Assembly (NCBI GenBank): GCA_051362555.1
Contig: CM120647.1
Coordinates: 9,920,001 to 9,984,000 of the forward strand
Source: Lingula anatina
Taxonomy: Eukaryota > Animalia > Brachiopoda
Reading direction: 5' to 3'
Length of the DNA: 64,000 nt
The notes beneath the pieces are model-generated. The model was given only the letters and a program-made list of their open reading frames with translations. It made no database searches and was not told the DNA's origin. Both the position numbers and the translations under genes were made by a program. Of the stretch, positions 59,302-64,000 are shown piece after piece (positions within the stretch are counted from its first letter, which is position 1; every line of letters starts with the position of its first letter).

Positions 59302-60722
59302 GTACGTTCAGTCTCTTCTCGTATTTTGGTAGTACATCTCTCTTTCTTCCTATGTGCATGCATTCACGATTTTTTCTACGTACGCAGTCACTGTCAGCAC
59401 GCCCATTTTGCTCCATGTTGTTGCATTATGTCTGCATTCTACAAGTATTTGCATGTTTTCGTGTAATTTGTATGCGTTTCCAGCTCAGCTTTTTATCAGA
59501 CTTGTTGTTTACACTACGGCCTCAGCAGTTATGCTTAGTTTATTTCCTTGATTGCCCCATTATTTGTATCGTAAATGGAATGGCATTATGGGTAGCTAAT
59601 ATTGGGATTACTTCAAATTCAATATTTTAGTGAACTTGCAAAAGTTACTTGTTTCTTTGCCGAAAATATCTTTTACGTTTAAATTAGTATGTTCTACACA
59701 TTCACTTATATATCCATATTGTACCTTGGATAAAATATTTAGATTATTAATTTAGGTAATATTGGATATCTGGTTCATGATTTTAATAAATTTAATCAGT
59801 CTTGGAAGGTGGTCAATAGTAAAGGGTCATTGTATCCACAAACCATATCGGATTTCTTTTGTCCTAAGCAAAGAGCGGTGCTGCAAGTAAATTACTTGAC
59901 TCCAAGGTAGAGTTTTGAAAATCAAAGCATTTGCTTTATTTTTTTTATTGCCTTAAATACAGACATAAAGGATTTGTGTCATCTATTGATAAAAACTGGT
60001 TTTTAAAACATAAATACAACCATATGGACATACCAACATTTTTCCGATTTCCAAAAGGTTGTGATATTTCCACAGAATTTTTGAACCTAGAGATCAGTAG
60101 AAAAGGACTAGGTTTTCCCTATTGTATTTTAACAGAGTATTAAAACATTCAGTTAGTTATCAAAACAAAGGAAACAAAAAACTAATATTCACTGCACAAG
60201 TCATATACAAAAACTGTGGTCAATAAAAGCAACAATTTTTTTGCACCAAAGATATACCACCTTATTGCTTATGAGTAAAACAAACAGAAATTTCAGAAAG
60301 TTCCAAGAAACTTTCAGCAAAATGGCATAAAAAAAACAGTGACAAGAGTTTCATTATTTTATAAAGAGCTATGATATTAAATTGCATACCTTGTATTCTC
60401 ACTTGCAAACCCAATTGAAAAAAAAAGACATTCTTCCTTGGTCAATGATTTTCTGTCAGAAACTCTGACTTTTTTTATTTTTTAGAAAACATGTTAAGGG
60501 TCTCAAAGTGTTTCATAAACAGTGACAATTTTTTTATGCTGTAGGAGTAAAAAATATGAGTACATGCACATAGGTTTAGGTGTCACACTTCCTGTTTCAC
60601 CTTCGTCTTTGAACCTCAAAGCGTGGAAAGATTTCTTCACAATGGGGAAAGATGAAGGAAGAAATTTGCCAAATGCTTCTTTAGAGTGCCTCACTTGCAC
60701 AACCTACAAGAGGGTGGAATAA

Positions 60723-60946
60723 GGGACCATTCATATGAAAAATCTATTTTCTAAAAATCTATTTTCTATTTGTGGTATCTTGTGATCACGGTCTGTGCCC
60801 TGAATACCCCGCAGCATATTTACTGGCAGCGCGAGCCAGTTACTTCCAAAGCTGTAATTAATTCTCGGCTGCGCTCGGAGTGATCACAAGATACCGCAAA
60901 TAGAAAATAGATTTTTAGAAAATAGATTTTTCGTATGAACGGTCCC
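60723..60946. mobile_element. PIF/Harbinger (Tourist-like) MITE
   Basis: ~65-bp near-perfect TIRs gggaccattcatatgaaaaatc... / ...tcgtatgaacggtccc; TAA on both flanks. Confidence 0.85.
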
Positions 60947-61737
60947 TAAGAGTTTCGAGCATTTGGGACAATTTCATTACATGTGGGTTTTATTGTTTTA
61001 CCTTGGTGTTTTCTGTCATGATGATTTCAGTTTTTCTCTTATGTACACTTTTTTTTTCAGTCAAAATTATGATCTCATAGGTTCCTATGAAGATAAATGC
61101 GAGCTTGTAAATTTCAGTATCTTTAAAAACTTTTCTGTAGCTAAAATTATGTTGTACAGTATCTTACACTATGTTGCATGTTGTGTGTGTTTTTGTCTCG
61201 TGGTTTTGACATTATTGTTTACAATTATTAATTATTTGACTTTGTATTTTTGTGTGTTATTTTATTTTCTTATAGTTATGACATTTTTTGTTGGTAGGTT
61301 ATATGTCTAGGTCCTGCATAAATCTGTACAGGCCGAGTTATGTGACAAATTCTATAACGTTGGTCTCTAGAGCCAAAGGGAAGGAAAATAGGTTTAGTTT
61401 CACACCAACAAGTATGGAAATACGAGAATACCCATATTTGACACTCTGCCTAAAAATGCCCATTCATGGTGGTTTTCCTTTCATGTAGTTATCCAAATAA
61501 TGTGAATATGACAGTGAAACAATAAAGTATGCAAGTTATAAATTAATTCTTTAACTTTTTCAGAAGCTTATGGACAAAAATATTTAATATTATAATAATA
61601 GTGGGTATTTGTTTTTGGAAAAATTTATTATATAATTTTAGAGGGAATAGCAGAATTTAAGTATGTGTATAGTGAAATAAAAGGGAAACCACCATTGCTT
61701 GTACTAATGTTCATACAAAAAATTCTGTGAAAATAAA

Positions 61738-62125
61738 AATGATTCAGATTTTTTAACAGAAAAGACAAAATGAGTATGAGTATTGAAAAATAATTTTAAA
61801 GTTGTGCTGTTTATTGAAAATGTTGATTTTTTTCAAGCTGCATATTTTTTTTTTTTTTTTGAAAAAAATGGGAATTATTTTACAATTTACTCAATTACAA
61901 CAGAATAACAATGATTCAGATTATTTAACAGCCAACAGTATTTCATGAAATTTGATCATTTATAAATATTTAAAATGCTCTGACAAAATATGAAAGGAAA
62001 ATATGAATATAAATATTAAGTAAAAAAAAATTAAACTTGTGCTATTTATTGAAAATGTTGATTCTTTGAAAGCTGCTTATCGAAAAATGGGAATTAATTA
62101 ACAATTTACTCAATTACAACAGAAT
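61738..62125 (+). repeat. Diverged tandem duplication
   Basis: aatgattcagatt...ttgtgct.tttattgaaaatgttgatt...acaatttactcaattacaacagaat twice. Confidence 0.75.
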
Positions 62126-62266
62126 TCACTCCAAATCTCTCTTAAAATGTATTTGATACCAAATTCATCCTCAAATCCAGTTTACATATCCATAGACTAA
62201 TTCAGGATAAATAATTATCTGTGCAGTATTTTCCCACAGCCTGCTGAAGATATATATATATATCAA

Positions 62267-62452
62267 ATGGTAAAAACTTGAAAATTTAGTCGGTATTGAA
62301 AATTTTTCATTTTGAAAATTTTATCAAACTTTAAAAAAAATGGGCCTCTCATTAATTTTCAAAAGTTGGTCACCCAATATGGCTGTGTCAAAGCCAAGCA
62401 TTTTAAAATATTTATTAATTTTTAAGTGACAAAATGTTCAGGTTTTTACCAT
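62267..62452. mobile_element. AT-rich MITE family, copy 2
   Basis: atggtaaaaacttgaaaattt ... aaatgttcaggtttttaccat. Confidence 0.65.
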
Positions 62453-63013
62453 ATCAGTTAAGATGAATTTGTTATTTGTAGGGGCAGACTTGGATTTTCA
62501 TTTGGGAAATAATGATGAGTTTATCCTTTTCATCCTTTAAAACTTATTCAAGATGTAATGCAAAATTAACTATTTGAAATTGGATTTTCTTTGAGAACCT
62601 TTCAATGTGAACAGCTGAGTCTCCCCCTAAATTGATTGTTACGTCATTAGAATATGCATTTGTACTGCATGCTAGCTGCTGTTGCTGCAACTTGCTTTCT
62701 CAGCACATATTGATACATATTCCCATGAGGATTTGTTTTAAATTTTAAATACAGTTATGGACAATTTTTAAAGCAAGTTTTAAGTACATATGGGCCGCAG
62801 TGTCTAGTGCATTGATGGTAATATAAAAATCGATACTAATATGTACCATAATGGCAGAATAATGTCTGTGAAAGCTATGTCTCTTATTATGAAGACATCT
62901 CTGTAACATCGCTGGCTTAAAGCAGGAGGAAATTAAATAACAACCACAGACAGCAAATGTCTCTAAGCCAGATTAAATCCACGTTTTATTCATCCTTCCA
63001 TCTCTCTTTCTAG

Positions 63014-63117
63014 CCCTGCCAAAGTTCACCAGTCCTACCACAGCTAAACCAGTGAAGCCTATGAGAACTTTGATGGAGGAGCAACAACTCAAGAAACCTC
63101 TCCTCAACGGAGATGAT
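63014..63117 (+). CDS. KIF13: KIF13 exon 28 (LPKFTSPTTAKPVKPMRTLMEEQQLKKPLL)
   Basis: tctag| and |gtatgt. Confidence 0.85.
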
Positions 63118-63748
63118 GTATGTGCTAGATTATTCCGTAGATGTCTATAAGTAGTGGCTAATATATTAATATGATCAATTCTGCAAGCAGAGGATTGGGA
63201 AGGTGAAAAACCAGGCTTGGCTCTGAAAAAAATGCCATTTCGTCTGTAAAAGGCCCACTCTGTATATAAAGATTACTTCTATGTTCTATTTAATTTCCCA
63301 AATTGGTCAACCAGAAGGGATGAAAAGGGGGTCAAAGGTTCACTTCTTCAGGAAAAGAATCCCCTCCCCTTTTAAATTGCTGTCTACAGACCTATAATTC
63401 TAGAGGAAGAAAAGGGAATTTGTGGACAACCTGATGTGCAATTTCTTGTTATCTCAAAATATCTGCTTTGAAAATGAAATGATTTTATTAACCACCTAAC
63501 TTCTATGTACAATCTATTGACGTATGTATATTCTTTTTCCTTCAATGTCTATAGGGAGTCCTTTGAAAATTGATTAAGGCCTTTTATAAATCACCAATTT
63601 TTATATGGGCTCTCTTAACCTTATCAGCCACTCTCCCCAATTCTCAGTAACCTTATATGTTAAATAAGTAGAGTTTAAAAATGTAATCTGCAAGATTAAC
63701 ATATTCCTGTAGTATTTGATCTCCATGTTCTAATTGTTTCCTTGTTAG

Positions 63749-64000
63749 TCTGATGAAGAAGAACTAGCAACACGCCTGTCCCCTGATCGTCCAAAGCCAC
63801 CAAACCATCGTGGTGCCAGCGTGAGCAGTGATGAATTCCAAGATTTTGAGTCGTACAAAGCACCACATTCTGACAAAGATGGAGTAAAACCGAGCTCGGC
63901 TCAGAACAGTCCGCCAAAAGATGGCATTGGTATCAGTCACTCCAACACTGGTGACAGCATCTCTGAACTTCAAGTGAAAACGCTCACTCCAAGTATGACG
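63749..64000 (+). CDS. KIF13: KIF13 exon 29, runs off window (SDEEELAT...SSDEFQDFESY...TLTPSMT)
   Basis: gttag|; open in frame to window end. Confidence 0.85.

Larger units (their letters stand above)
26029..64000 (+). other. KIF13: Kinesin-3 gene, KIF13A/B (Khc-73/KLP-4) orthologue, partial: 29 coding exons; 5' exons upstream of window, 3' end (expected CAP-Gly) downstream
   Basis: All exons have GT-AG boundaries with matching phases and join to 4200 nt without stops. Motifs: [57 protein letters not shown] (GR..DIQL.G.GI..EHC, VNG, WGNNHFFR), HNLIGVANVFL, WDSSIH..LNRVT. Confidence 0.96.

Noticed and set aside
1-64000. tRNA, rRNA, intact transposase or RT, prokaryotic operons
   Set aside because: None recognised by eye; tRNAscan/Rfam were not run, so small RNAs cannot be excluded

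Overview
AT-rich animal genomic DNA with long introns, many microsatellites and MITE-like palindromes. A mollusc-like invertebrate is suggested by repeat style, but that is only an inference. From 26029 to the window end, 29 GT-AG exons on the + strand splice in frame (4200 nt, 1400 codons) into a kinesin-3 of the KIF13A/B (Khc-73/KLP-4) family. They cover the C-terminal half of the motor, neck, FHA, stalk and DUF3694-like region; both gene ends lie outside the window. No earlier motor exon was found in 1-26028, so that region is probably one large KIF13 intron. It hosts an antisense single-coding-exon gene (5888-10420) for a ~1510-aa type I membrane mucin-like protein with a long signal peptide, furin site, glycine-zipper TM and C-terminal PDZ motif. 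It also holds a possible small secreted ORF or Cys-rich pseudogene (17357-18000) behind a dense E-box cluster. The most unusual pattern is that several KIF13 exon boundaries are locally duplicated: a 44-nt array of eight 5' splice sites, a 54-nt in-frame duplicated acceptor, three decayed ghost copies of one exon start, and exon fragments copied into neighbouring introns. All coordinates were read by eye; no database searches were run.
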